DNA of 60,811 nucleotides from Actinomycetes bacterium (GTDB lineage Bacteria > Actinomycetota > Acidimicrobiia > Acidimicrobiales > JAKAVM01), in contig JAKAWH010000005.1 of assembly GCA_021817065.1 (NCBI GenBank), forward strand, positions 1-60,811, written 5' to 3'. The notes beneath the pieces are model-generated. The model saw only the letters and a program-made list of their open reading frames with translations. It ran no database searches and had not been told where the DNA came from. A program made the position numbers and the translations under genes. This document shows, piece after piece, positions 38,656-48,173 of this stretch (within the stretch, counting starts at the first letter, position 1; every line of letters starts with the position of its first letter).

Positions 38656-39933
38656 TTAACCCAGTCCTTCCTCGGTGGCCTCCTCTTTGCCGAGCTTCCC
38701 GACGCTCGCATCACCTACTACTGCGACGACTTCCTTGTCACCGCCGTCCGACCCGCCCGGAGACAAAGCCATAGCATCGCCGGCGGGCACGACTGCCTCG
38801 CCGGCTTCCGGTGCCGCCTTAGCCGACATCGCCGACCATTCCTCCGCAGAGACGGTCTCGCCCCCTTCCGCCGACTTCCATACCATCTCCCCCGCCTCGT
38901 TCTGCACCCATTCGCCTTCTGCCCACTCGTCCGAAGCGAAGCCGGAGTCCTCGTCGGCAAGCTGAGTCTCGCTCTTGATATCGATGCGCCACCCGGTCAG
39001 GCGGGCGGCAAGCCGGGCGTTCTGGCCTTCCTTGCCGATCGCCAATGAGAGCTGGAAATCGTGGACGATGGCCGAAGCGGTCCCCGTCTCCTCATCCAGC
39101 CTCACTTCCTTCACTTTGGCTGGTTGAAGGGCCCGAGCCACGAACTCCGCCGGATCGTCCGAGAAGGGGACTATGTCGACCTTCTCTCCGCGCAGCTCGT
39201 TGGTGACCATTCGGACCCGGCCACCGCGGGCGCCTACACAGGCCCCCACCGGGTCGACGTTGGGATCGGTCGACCATACAGCGATCTTGGTGCGGTGCCC
39301 GGGCTCTCGCGCACATGCCTTGATCTCCACCACGCCCCCGGCGATCTCCGGGACCTCCAGTTCGAAGAGCCTCTTGATGAGCCCTGGGTGGGTCCGGCTC
39401 ACCACGATCTGGGGACCCTTCGCGGTCTTGCGCACCTCCACGATGTACGCCTTGAGGCGCGAGCCGTGCTCATAGTGTTCGTGGGGGACCTGCTCGGCCT
39501 GGGGTAGGAGCGCCTCCACCTTGCCAAGGTCGAGCAAGGTGTAGCGATTGTCACTCTGCTGGATGATCCCGGTAACGATGTCGCCTTCGCGCCCGGCGTA
39601 CTCCTCGTACTTGAGGTCCCGTTCCGCCTCGCGGATCCGCTGGAGGATGACCTGCTTGGCTGTCTGGGCGGCAATCCGGCCGAAATCGTCCGGGGTGTCG
39701 TCCCATTCGCGCACCACGTTGCCGTCGTCGTCCAACTCCTGGCCGTACACCCGGATCTCGCCGCTCTCCGGGTCGATGGTGACCACCGCCTCCTCGGCCG
39801 CATTGGGCGTCCGCTTGTAGGCAGCCACCAGTGCATTGGCGAGGGCATCGAGGAGGGTGTCGACGGCAATGCCCTTGTCCCGGGCCACTTGACCGAGCGC
39901 TTCGAGGAACTCGAAATTCTCTCTTGCCATCAT
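38656..39933 (-). CDS. nusA: transcription termination factor NusA
   Basis: [54 protein letters not shown]; RBS AGGAGGTG. Confidence 0.98.
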   Translation of the reverse strand: MMARENFEFLEALGQVARDKGIAVDTLLDALANALVAAYKRTPNAAEEAVVTIDPESGEIRVYGQELDDDGNVVREWDDTPDDFGRIAAQTAKQVILQRIREAERDLKYEEYAGREGDIVTGIIQQSDNRYTLLDLGKVEALLPQAEQVPHEHYEHGSRLKAYIVEVRKTAKGPQIVVSRTHPGLIKRLFELEVPEIAGGVVEIKACAREPGHRTKIAVWSTDPNVDPVGACVGARGGRVRMVTNELRGEKVDIVPFSDDPAEFVARALQPAKVKEVRLDEETGTASAIVHDFQLSLAIGKEGQNARLAARLTGWRIDIKSETQLADEDSGFASDEWAEGEWVQNEAGEMVWKSAEGGETVSAEEWSAMSAKAAPEAGEAVVPAGDAMALSPGGSDGGDKEVVAVVGDASVGKLGKEEATEEGLG

Positions 39934-39951
39934 TCACCTCCTCTTATACGT

Positions 39952-39976
39952 AAAAAACGTGGGCATAGGCCCACGT
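39952..39976 (-). terminator. terminator-like hairpin in the nusA 5' leader
   Basis: Minus strand ACGTGGGC-CTAT-GCCCACGT followed by a T run, located between a TATAAT -10 (40018-40023) and the nusA RBS. Confidence 0.7.
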
Positions 39977-40037
39977 CGTGCAACGACACCGTAGGTAGGA
40001 CTCGACGTCCGGTCGTGATTATAGCTAAAGCTGTGGG

Positions 40038-40547
40038 GTGCGTCTTTTCGTGGCGATTTGGCCGGGCCAGCCTACCCGGGATGCCCTTGCCCGCCTGGCT
40101 CTCCCCCAGGTCACCGGGATCAGCCGGACTGCTCCCGCCAACCTCCACGCCACCCTAAGGTTCATCGGAGAACCGCCTGGTCCGCCCGAGGCAGTCATCG
40201 CCGCCCTGAGAACGGTGAGGGTGGATCGATCGCCCACCGTGATCGTAGGGCCCTCCACGTGCTGGATCGGCCGGTATGCCCTTTGCCTCCCCGCCGGTGG
40301 CCTCGACCCTCTTGCCGGGGAGTTAGACCGTGTACTCGCCGATATCGGGATAGGGCCGCGCCCCGAGCGGTTTCTCGGCCACATCACAATCGCCCGGGCG
40401 CGGAGAAACGCCCCGGAAAGCGTTCTGGGTACGCTGGTGGACCTGCCTTTCGACTCCCGATTCCCCGCCCGGACCTTCGACCTGGTCAACTCGATGCCCT
40501 CACCAGTGGGACCGACCTACGAGTCGGTTGCGACTTTCCGGATCTGA
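40038..40547 (+). CDS. thpR: RNA 2',3'-cyclic phosphodiesterase (2H family)
   Basis: MRLFVAIWP and two HxT motifs, LHATLRFIG and GHITIAR. Confidence 0.9.
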   Translation: MRLFVAIWPGQPTRDALARLALPQVTGISRTAPANLHATLRFIGEPPGPPEAVIAALRTVRVDRSPTVIVGPSTCWIGRYALCLPAGGLDPLAGELDRVLADIGIGPRPERFLGHITIARARRNAPESVLGTLVDLPFDSRFPARTFDLVNSMPSPVGPTYESVATFRI

Positions 40548-40600
40548 GCGGGTGACCGCCCTATGCTTGCCACGACCGAGGACGAGACTTGGGGGATGAC

Positions 40601-41146
40601 GTGAGCGACATCACACCGCACGCACCGATGGACAAGAACGATCCCCGTGGCGAAATTCGCATCGGCTTCCCGGGTCCTTCCTCGCCGCCCGATCTGGGGA
40701 ACCGCACCGGCCGTATACCCGAGTCGGAGCCGGAGCAAGAAGCGGACAAGGAGGCGCCGGCCGAGCGGCGCCGGTTCATCCGGGTTGCCAAGCCGGTCGA
40801 CTTCGAATTGCGGTACCTCGACAGGCCTTTGGCGGCATCGATGATCGACATCTCGGAGGGAGGAATGCGGTGCCGGGTCGAACCTGGCGAGGAGTTCGAC
40901 CCGGAGAAGGTAGTCCGGGCCCGGGTCGACCTCGGTGATGGGAACCTGGAGGTGCGTGGACTGGTCTCGTGGGAAAAGATGCTCGACGGCTCCACCGAAG
41001 TGGGGGTTGGCTTCGTCGGGCTCACCGAACGCGAGAGCCAGAGGATCCGCAGCCACGGATTCGTCCTCCAGATCGCCCAGCGGCGGGCAGAGAGCAGCCA
41101 TCACGTCCACCACCACCGGTCTGCTCACTCAGGCCGGCGCCGCTGA
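40601..41146 (+). CDS. stand-alone PilZ domain protein
   Basis: RRFIR (RxxxR) and DISEGG (DxSxxG); His-rich C-terminal tail; GTG start after GGGGGA. Confidence 0.88.
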   Translation: MSDITPHAPMDKNDPRGEIRIGFPGPSSPPDLGNRTGRIPESEPEQEADKEAPAERRRFIRVAKPVDFELRYLDRPLAASMIDISEGGMRCRVEPGEEFDPEKVVRARVDLGDGNLEVRGLVSWEKMLDGSTEVGVGFVGLTERESQRIRSHGFVLQIAQRRAESSHHVHHHRSAHSGRRR

Positions 41147-41177
41147 TCCCGGGGCCCCGTGCCCGCCCGGGCGGCAT

Positions 41178-41204
41178 TTATCGGCATCTCCCCGGAAAAA
41201 GTTA
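41178..41204 (-). promoter_or_regulatory. candidate sigma28 (FliA/WhiG) promoter, antisense to the first PilZ gene
   Basis: Minus strand TAACTTTT-N11-GCCGATAA versus the FliA consensus TAAAGTTT-N11-GCCGATAA. Confidence 0.45.
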
Positions 41205-41249
41205 AGAAATTTCTTCCGATTTCCTGGATCTCCTGTAAAATCACTTCCC

Positions 41250-42029
41250 ATGGGAATCTGGGGAGTAGGGCGTGCGCGTCGTGTGCGCACGGGGAAGGTC
41301 AAGACCAAGGTGCTCCGACCTACTCGCGGCCCTTCGCGCCCCGGCAGCCGAACTGGCGCTGCTCGGACCCGACCGGTTCCCTTCGGCCTCACAGGAAGAG
41401 CCAAGTATTACCGGTGGCCCGAGATCGGTCGTACTGTCCAGGTATTTCTGAGCGGTGAGACCACACCGCTTCCTGCTCGGATCCTGGAGCACGATACCTC
41501 CGGGGACTGTATCGTGGTTAGTGCCCCGGGCGGGCGGGGCGAAGGCGCGGTGATCGCGGAACCGGGCGACAAGGTGGCACTCACCTGGGTGCTTCCCGAA
41601 GGGGTCGCCAAGCTGGAAACGGCCTTTCTCTCATGGACGGTCGACACCACCTCCAAGCCCTCCGCATGGAGACTCGAACCGGCATCCGACGTCCAGATCA
41701 TCGAACGGCGGCGCCACCGCCGCCTTCGAGCGCGCCAGAACGTTGCCCTGCGCAGCCGGGACGTGGCCATCCCCGGGGTGATGGTCGACATCTCGGAAGG
41801 AGGCATGCGATGCCTGGTCGACACCATCACTCCCTCCAAACTCACCCGGGACCGGGTGCAATCGACCGTAACGGTACGCGGCAGGCGAATGGGTGTGCAG
41901 GGGCTGGTTACCTGGAGCAAGCACCACGGCGGCCATGTCGAGGTGGGAATAGCGTTCGATCGCCTGAGGAAACAGGATGTCGAGGCACTCCGCGCCCATG
42001 TCCGCACATCGATGTCGGTGCCTGCCTAA
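41250..42029 (+). CDS. YcgR-like PilZN plus PilZ protein
   Basis: N-terminal beta-barrel-like region (WPEIGRTVQV...IVVSAP...PGDKVALTW), RRHRR and DISEGG; TAAAAT lies 8 nt before ATG 41250. Confidence 0.85.
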   Translation: MGIWGVGRARRVRTGKVKTKVLRPTRGPSRPGSRTGAARTRPVPFGLTGRAKYYRWPEIGRTVQVFLSGETTPLPARILEHDTSGDCIVVSAPGGRGEGAVIAEPGDKVALTWVLPEGVAKLETAFLSWTVDTTSKPSAWRLEPASDVQIIERRRHRRLRARQNVALRSRDVAIPGVMVDISEGGMRCLVDTITPSKLTRDRVQSTVTVRGRRMGVQGLVTWSKHHGGHVEVGIAFDRLRKQDVEALRAHVRTSMSVPA

Positions 42030-42128
42030 GAGGACCGGCACGCACCACGGGGGGGACCGGGAATCGACCGATGGTCCGCGCGTGTTTTTCCAAGCACGCG
42101 GCGAATCCACGCGGTATCATCGGCGCCG

Positions 42129-42851
42129 ATGGCTTTTGGAAAGGCCAGCAGGCCTGCTGAGGGGGGGAACTCCGCCAATTCCGGCGCTCCGGGAGATTCT
42201 CCGAGAGTCAAGATCCCTGCCGCACGTCCGGCCGACTGGCCCTCGATCAACACCGAGATCGTAATCGTCCTCCCGCGAGATGGGGGGGTGTTCCGGACCC
42301 GGGTGAGCGAACACGACCGCGTCAACGGCCAGTTCCTGCTCATCGCGCCGGAATCCGCCGTGGAGGACCTAAGAGCCACTCCGGGCGAGAAGATGATGGC
42401 AACCTGGACCACCTCGGCGGGACTCCACGAGCTCAAGACCGAGCTGGTCGACACCGAGGGCGAGGGTGTCCAGTGGAAGGTCGAGCCCACCTCCCCGGTG
42501 ATCGTCCACGAGCGGAGACGCTTCCCCCGGGTACGGCGAACCGGGGCCATCAAACTGGAGGCCGGAACCCGGGCGATAAGCGCTACCATGCTCGACCTCT
42601 CCGAGGGTGGTGCTCGCTGCGTCGTCGACACCACTCAGCAGGTTCCCCCCGATATGGTCTCAACTACCCTAAACCTGGACAACAAGGCGATCAAGATCAA
42701 GGGCTGGGTGGCCTGGAAGAAGCAGCACGGCAAGCACACTGAGATCGGAGTGTCATTCGCCGGCGTGTCGAAGAAGGACGCCGAGATCCTCCGCCGCTAC
42801 GTGATGGCCCTCAACTCCGTCCAGAGCCGCAAGGCGGAAAGCCCCACCTAA
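42129..42851 (+). CDS. YcgR-like PilZN plus PilZ protein
   Basis: WPSINTEIVI...LLIAP...PGEKMMATW, RRFPR and DLSEGG; paralog of the upstream gene. Confidence 0.88.
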   Translation: MAFGKASRPAEGGNSANSGAPGDSPRVKIPAARPADWPSINTEIVIVLPRDGGVFRTRVSEHDRVNGQFLLIAPESAVEDLRATPGEKMMATWTTSAGLHELKTELVDTEGEGVQWKVEPTSPVIVHERRRFPRVRRTGAIKLEAGTRAISATMLDLSEGGARCVVDTTQQVPPDMVSTTLNLDNKAIKIKGWVAWKKQHGKHTEIGVSFAGVSKKDAEILRRYVMALNSVQSRKAESPT

Positions 42852-42918
42852 TAAACACGGGGGGCCAATCCGCACTCCGGGGTAGATTTCCCAAGCCGAA
42901 GTCCCGTCCGTTTACCAA

Positions 42919-44151
42919 TCAAGAGCCCCCGACGCGACGGCGGATCGCCTCGATACGCTCCTGGCTCCGGTTGGCGTCGACCCCCCGATCCTCGAGGAGA
43001 GCACGCCGGTCCGCCTCGGCTTCGGCTTCCGCTCCCTGCTCCGCAGCCGCCAAGCGCGCCTCGATCCCTTCCTTGACCAGCTTTTCCGCCTCGGCGACCA
43101 GTTCGGCGACCATTGCCTCCTCCGGCACCACCCGGACAACCTTGCCCTTGATGAAGAGGTGGCCCTTGTGCTTGCCGGCAGCGATACCGAGGTCTGCCTC
43201 GCGAGCCTCACCCGGGCCGTTTACCACGCACCCCATCACCGCCACTTGCAGGGGGAGGTTCAGAGCATCGAGAGCTTCCTGGGCGGCGTTAGCCACCCCA
43301 ATAACGTCGACTTCCGCCCGGCCGCAGGAGGGGCATGCGATCAAGTCGAGTCCCTTCCGCTCGCGGAGCCCCAGAGCTTCGAGCAGTTGGCGCCCCGCCC
43401 GGGCCTCCTCGACCGGATCGGCGGTGAGGGAGTAACGGATGGTGTCGCCGATACCTTCCGCGAGGAGGGTCCCGATCCCCGCTGTCGCCTTGACCAGTCC
43501 GGCCGGCGGTGGCCCCGCTTCGGTTACCCCAAGGTGGAGGGGGTGATCCACCTGCTCGGCAAGCATTCGATAGGCGGCGATCATGAGGGGCACATTGGAA
43601 GCCTTGACGGAAATCTTGACGTCTTCGAATCCCACTTCGGCGAAATAGGCCAACTCCGCCTTTGCCGACTCCACCAGCGCCTCGGGCGTAGCACCCCCAT
43701 ATTTCTTGTACAGATCCGGGTGGAGGGAACCCGCGTTCACTCCGATACGGATGGGTACGCCCCGGTCCCGAGCCTCGGCAGCAACCAACTTGATCTCCTC
43801 AGGCTTGCGCAGGTTGCCGGGATTGAGGCGCAAGCAGGCAACCCCCGCCTCCAGAGCGGCGAGGGCCATCTCGACGTGGAAATGGACGTCGGCGACCAGA
43901 GGGACCGGTGAGCGGGGAACGATCTGGGCGAGGCCTTCGGCCGCTTCTTCTTCGTTGCAGGTACAGCGCACGATGTCGGCCCCCGCTCCGTAGAGCGCAT
44001 AGATCTGGGCAAGGGTCCCATCGACGTCGGCAGTCTTGGTCGTGGTCATCGACTGGACGGAGATCGGGGCGCCTCCACCAACCGGTATAGCACCCACCAT
44101 AACCTGGCGGGTCTGCCGGCGAGTACTCAGGACGGGGGTTGCGCGGCTCAT
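42919..44151 (-). CDS. ispG: (E)-4-hydroxy-3-methylbut-2-enyl-diphosphate synthase
   Basis: ISVQSMT, ADVHF, RLNPGN, GIGDTIRYSL, CPSCGR, MGCVVNGPGEA. Confidence 0.97.
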   Translation of the reverse strand: MSRATPVLSTRRQTRQVMVGAIPVGGGAPISVQSMTTTKTADVDGTLAQIYALYGAGADIVRCTCNEEEAAEGLAQIVPRSPVPLVADVHFHVEMALAALEAGVACLRLNPGNLRKPEEIKLVAAEARDRGVPIRIGVNAGSLHPDLYKKYGGATPEALVESAKAELAYFAEVGFEDVKISVKASNVPLMIAAYRMLAEQVDHPLHLGVTEAGPPPAGLVKATAGIGTLLAEGIGDTIRYSLTADPVEEARAGRQLLEALGLRERKGLDLIACPSCGRAEVDVIGVANAAQEALDALNLPLQVAVMGCVVNGPGEAREADLGIAAGKHKGHLFIKGKVVRVVPEEAMVAELVAEAEKLVKEGIEARLAAAEQGAEAEAEADRRALLEDRGVDANRSQERIEAIRRRVGGS

Positions 44152-44170
44152 GGGTTCCTCCGGCTCAAGC

Positions 44171-45301
44171 TCAATGAAAAGGGGACGGGATCGGCTTGAC
44201 GATATCCAGGTAGACCAAAGACCCTCCAAGCAGGACCAGAACAGCGACGGTCGCGTAGGCCAACGGGAGAAGCTTCGCATAGTCCGCCCGGTACGGGTAG
44301 CGCTGCAGGCCTGTTCTGATCCTCTCGTACACGGCCAACGCCACGTGCCCGCCGTCGAGGACCGGAATGGGGAACATATTGAAGATACCGATGAAGATGT
44401 TGAGCATCACGAAAATGAGGAGTACCTCTCCCACCCCCGCCTGGGCGGCTTGAGCGGCGATCCGGGTGGCGCCGATGATCGACATGGGTCGGTTCTGGTT
44501 AATCTGGGAGTTCGCCGGCACTGACGCGTTGGTGAGGACTTGCCAGGCATCGGAGAACTCGGTTCCAAGCGAGGTGGACGCGGTGGACACATAGGTGCCG
44601 ATCCAGCCGAATGAACGGGGCACTGCCACCGCAGGGTTCACCGTGGCGAAGGCGCCGATCGGCTCGATCGATATGCCGATCCGTGCGGAGCCCGGGTGCC
44701 CGCGGGGCACGACGGTGACTGCGACCGAGTGGCCATGACGGAGAAGGGTGAGGTCGACCGGCTGGCCCGGACGGGAGCCGATGAGCGAGGCGAGCTGATC
44801 CGTCGAGGTGATCCTGCGGCCGCCGGCTGTCTCGATGACGTCGCCCCGCTCCACTCCCGCACTCCGAGCGGGGTCGGCGCCTCCCGGCAGCGCGCTGAAT
44901 CCCGACACGGTCACCCGTTGCCCGGTCGGCATCCCCACGAAGGAAAAGAGCGCCCACAACATCACAAAGGCAAGCAGGAAATGCACTGCTGAGCCAGCCG
45001 AAACCACTGCCACCTTTCGGGGAAAGGAAGACTGCCGGTACGTGCGCGCTTCGTCCGTTCCGTCGACTTCCTCCAAGTTCGACATGCCCGGAATCTTGAC
45101 GAACCCGCCGGCCGGGATCGCCCGTATTCCGTATTCGGTCTCGCCGATCACGGTGGACCAGATCCGGGGGCCGAATCCCACGAAGTACTGGGTGACCTTC
45201 ATCCCACACGCCTTGGCGACCAATAGGTGGCCCAATTCGTGGAGCATGATGGTGAGAGCCAACCCCGCGATAACGATCACGAGGGACACGGTCGAGTTCA
45301 C
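44171..45301 (-). CDS. rseP: RIP (M50) intramembrane metalloprotease with PDZ domain
   Basis: HELGH, GFGP, PDZ region, NMFPIPVLDGGH; GTGA overlap with dxr. Confidence 0.92.
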   Translation of the reverse strand: MNSTVSLVIVIAGLALTIMLHELGHLLVAKACGMKVTQYFVGFGPRIWSTVIGETEYGIRAIPAGGFVKIPGMSNLEEVDGTDEARTYRQSSFPRKVAVVSAGSAVHFLLAFVMLWALFSFVGMPTGQRVTVSGFSALPGGADPARSAGVERGDVIETAGGRRITSTDQLASLIGSRPGQPVDLTLLRHGHSVAVTVVPRGHPGSARIGISIEPIGAFATVNPAVAVPRSFGWIGTYVSTASTSLGTEFSDAWQVLTNASVPANSQINQNRPMSIIGATRIAAQAAQAGVGEVLLIFVMLNIFIGIFNMFPIPVLDGGHVALAVYERIRTGLQRYPYRADYAKLLPLAYATVAVLVLLGGSLVYLDIVKPIPSPFH

Positions 45302-46488
45302 CCGCTTGCCACTTTCACGCCAGTCCTCCCCCCGGCGACGATCGCGGTCGCCCGGCTTCGAGCTTCCCCGTCGGCGTCGATCACCTCTTCCGCCGTGGTG
45401 GCATCCTGGCTGGAGCATGCCGAAAGCACATCCTCGACCACGGTGGCGATCTGCCGCCAGGCGATCCGTCCCTCCAAGAATGCAGCTACCGCCACTTCGT
45501 TGGCAGCATTGAGCCAGGCAGGTGCGATACCGCCCATCCGCCCTGCCTGGAAGGCGAGTGCCAGGCACCGGAAGGTGTCGGGACGGGGCTCCTCGAAGTC
45601 CAGTTGAGCGAGAGACTTCCAGTCGATCGCTCCATAGGCGATCGGAAGCCTGTCTGGCCACGACAAGCAATACCCGATCGGCAGTCGCATGTCCGGATTC
45701 GACAGTTGGGCAACGATCGCTCCATCGACGAATTCCACCATCGAGTGGATGACCGACTGGGGATGGACCACGACCTCGATCTGGTCGAAAGGAGTCCCGA
45801 AGAGCTCGTGGGCCTCCAAGACCTCGAGGCCCTTGTTCATCAGGGTCGACGAGTCGACGGTGATCTTGGGCCCCATATCCCAGGTGGGATGGGCGAGGGC
45901 ATCGGAGCAGGTGACCGAGGCAAGCTCATCCTCGCTGCGGCCCCGGAAGGGCCCACCAGACGCGGTGAGGACAAGCTTGGCCACCTCACTGGGATCCCGC
46001 CCCGCCCGTAGACACTGATGGATTGCGCAGTGCTCCGAGTCGACCGGGAGGATCTCGGCCCCCGGGGTTGACCGCACCCGCTGGACTACTGGTGCGCCGG
46101 CCACCAGGGATTCCTTGTTCGCGAGCGCCAGCCGCACTCCGGAGGAAAGCGCCGCCACGGTGACGGGCAGGCCGGCAAAACCCACCACCGCATTGAGTAC
46201 GACATCGACACCGGATGCGATCTCGACCAGCGAACCGGGACCAGCGAGCAGCTCGACGCCTTGCGGGAGACGCTCCTGAAGTTCACGCGCACGGGACGGG
46301 TCTCCGAGAGCTACTCTGCGTGGTCGCATCTGGCGGGCCTGCTCGGCCAGGAGGTCGACCGACCGGAACGCACCGATGGCGTCAAGCTGGAATCTCCCAG
46401 GTTCGGCCGTAGCAGCTGCTTGAAGAACCTGAATGGCCTGGGTCCCGATCGAACCGGTGGACCCGACGACGCTTACGGTGGTGGTCAC
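45298..46488 (-). CDS. dxr: 1-deoxy-D-xylulose-5-phosphate reductoisomerase
   Basis: GSTGSIG, LANKESLV, PVDSEH, HPTWDMGPKITVDS, NAANE. Confidence 0.98.
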   Translation of the reverse strand: MTTTVSVVGSTGSIGTQAIQVLQAAATAEPGRFQLDAIGAFRSVDLLAEQARQMRPRRVALGDPSRARELQERLPQGVELLAGPGSLVEIASGVDVVLNAVVGFAGLPVTVAALSSGVRLALANKESLVAGAPVVQRVRSTPGAEILPVDSEHCAIHQCLRAGRDPSEVAKLVLTASGGPFRGRSEDELASVTCSDALAHPTWDMGPKITVDSSTLMNKGLEVLEAHELFGTPFDQIEVVVHPQSVIHSMVEFVDGAIVAQLSNPDMRLPIGYCLSWPDRLPIAYGAIDWKSLAQLDFEEPRPDTFRCLALAFQAGRMGGIAPAWLNAANEVAVAAFLEGRIAWRQIATVVEDVLSACSSQDATTAEEVIDADGEARSRATAIVAGGRTGVKVASG

Positions 46489-46563
46489 CGTCCCCCACCC
46501 CCTGACCGCATCTGGCCAGTGAGGTCGCCTTCTCTCACAGGCGGTTCACTCCGGTGGACAAAC

Positions 46564-48144
46564 TCACGAGATGTTCAGCATCCTCGCAAGGAAATACACC
46601 GCGGGCATCACGAACAGCATGGCATCGATCCGGTCGAGAACCCCGCCATGCCCCGGCAGCGCCGCACCCATGTCCTTGATTCCCACGTCGCGCTTGATCA
46701 TCGACTGGCACAGATCGCCCAGGGGAGCTGCCACCGCGACCACGACTCCCAATGCAAGAGCCCGCTTGATCGACCACGGGTGAAGATGGCTGATAAATAT
46801 CGTCGAAACCAGGATCGCCGATACCATGCCTCCGCCAAGACCCTCCCAGGTCTTGTTGGGACTGATCCGGGGAGCAAGGGGGTGCGAGCCCATCTTCGCC
46901 CCGATCGCGTAGGCGGCGACATCATAGGCGACCGTTGCGACGATGGCTCCGAATAGGAGCGCAACCCCGTGCCGCTGCGGATGGATCGCCGGACTGAGGA
47001 GTAGAGCGGCAAACGAGCCCAGGAAACTTACCCACATGAACCCGAGGAGGGTGACAGCGGCTCCGCTCGCAGGACGGTCGCCGTCGACTCCCCAGAGATA
47101 CCAGAGCAGCGTGAGCACCACTACGATGGCCACAACCACGGTGACTGCCGCCTCCCCCTTCTCGTACGCGGCCACCATGAGGCACACCGTGCCGACCAGG
47201 CCCAGCAGGCTGGCGGGTTGGTATCCGGCCCTTCTCATAACCGCGAAGTACTCGGCTATGGCGAGGGTAACCGCCAAGGTGGCAACGAGGAGCGCCGAAG
47301 CCGATCCGAAGAGGAAGAGGATCACTATCACTGCACCGATGGCAAGCCCGACCGCGATGGCGACCCCGACGTTCCGGTCGCCCCGGCGACGATGCTCGGT
47401 GCGCGGCGGGGATCCTGCCCCTAGAGAAGGGCCGGGGCCCGGAGCAGCCGTGGAAGTCGATCCGATCCTGACGGTCCGGCGCTCCCCCATGACGCTCCCC
47501 ACACCCGGAAGACCCGGCAGCGGGCCGGAGTCGGGATCCTCGTCCACTACAGGAGTGCGGTCTGCGGCAGTTGCCCGCGAGAATGCGAAGCCGTCGTCTG
47601 CGTGGTCGAAAGCGCCCTGCCCCCACGCCCCTGGCCCTTCCGCGTTCGCGTCGCCGCCCGGTGCTTCTCCGAACGTTCCCGACCTCAAGATGGGTGCACC
47701 GGTGTCGCCGATGTCCTCGAACGAGAAAAGAGCCTGCGGGGACGGAACCGACTCCTCAAGAGCACCCTCGTCGCCGCTATCAGCGGCGAGCATCGAGTGG
47801 TCGAAATCATCATCCTGCCATCCGGTCTTGTCGTCGCTCCAGACCGGACCGGAAACGCTGGCGAACCCCTCGGGGTCGGGAGAACGCAGGACCGATGGAA
47901 CCTCTCCGGTAGCCGGCTCGGTCCAATGGGGCATCGGGAAATCCGTCGCCGGACCGATCGGCTCCTCGGCTTCGACACCGTTCTCGCCGCTCGCCATACC
48001 GCCCACCAGGGAGCCCGCCTCGGTGGCACCGATGATCCGGACGCCTTCTGTCGGCCGGCTCTCTTCCTCGACCGGCTCGAGGGACCCGGCAATCTCCGGG
48101 TCCGGAACTGGTGTTTCGTTGGTCTGGTCGTAAGAGTCCATCAT
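46564..48144 (-). CDS. cdsA: phosphatidate cytidylyltransferase with a long acidic N-terminal extension
   Basis: ISPNKTWEG, GDLCQSMIKRDVGIKDMG, PGHGGVLDRIDA; follows frr. Confidence 0.93.
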   Translation of the reverse strand: MMDSYDQTNETPVPDPEIAGSLEPVEEESRPTEGVRIIGATEAGSLVGGMASGENGVEAEEPIGPATDFPMPHWTEPATGEVPSVLRSPDPEGFASVSGPVWSDDKTGWQDDDFDHSMLAADSGDEGALEESVPSPQALFSFEDIGDTGAPILRSGTFGEAPGGDANAEGPGAWGQGAFDHADDGFAFSRATAADRTPVVDEDPDSGPLPGLPGVGSVMGERRTVRIGSTSTAAPGPGPSLGAGSPPRTEHRRRGDRNVGVAIAVGLAIGAVIVILFLFGSASALLVATLAVTLAIAEYFAVMRRAGYQPASLLGLVGTVCLMVAAYEKGEAAVTVVVAIVVVLTLLWYLWGVDGDRPASGAAVTLLGFMWVSFLGSFAALLLSPAIHPQRHGVALLFGAIVATVAYDVAAYAIGAKMGSHPLAPRISPNKTWEGLGGGMVSAILVSTIFISHLHPWSIKRALALGVVVAVAAPLGDLCQSMIKRDVGIKDMGAALPGHGGVLDRIDAMLFVMPAVYFLARMLNIS

Positions 48145-48173
48145 CTTCTCCGGGGACCGGGGCTCGGGTCGCC

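Noticed and set aside
40517-41128. Minus-strand 203-aa ORF as the target of the sigma28-like promoter
   Set aside because: It fully overlaps a clear PilZ gene in antisense and has no recognisable features, so it is likely a shadow ORF.
42118-42131. Palindrome CATCGGCGCCGATG as a sigma28 -10 element
   Set aside because: No matching -35 on either strand; better explained as a TATCAT -10 followed by the start codon.
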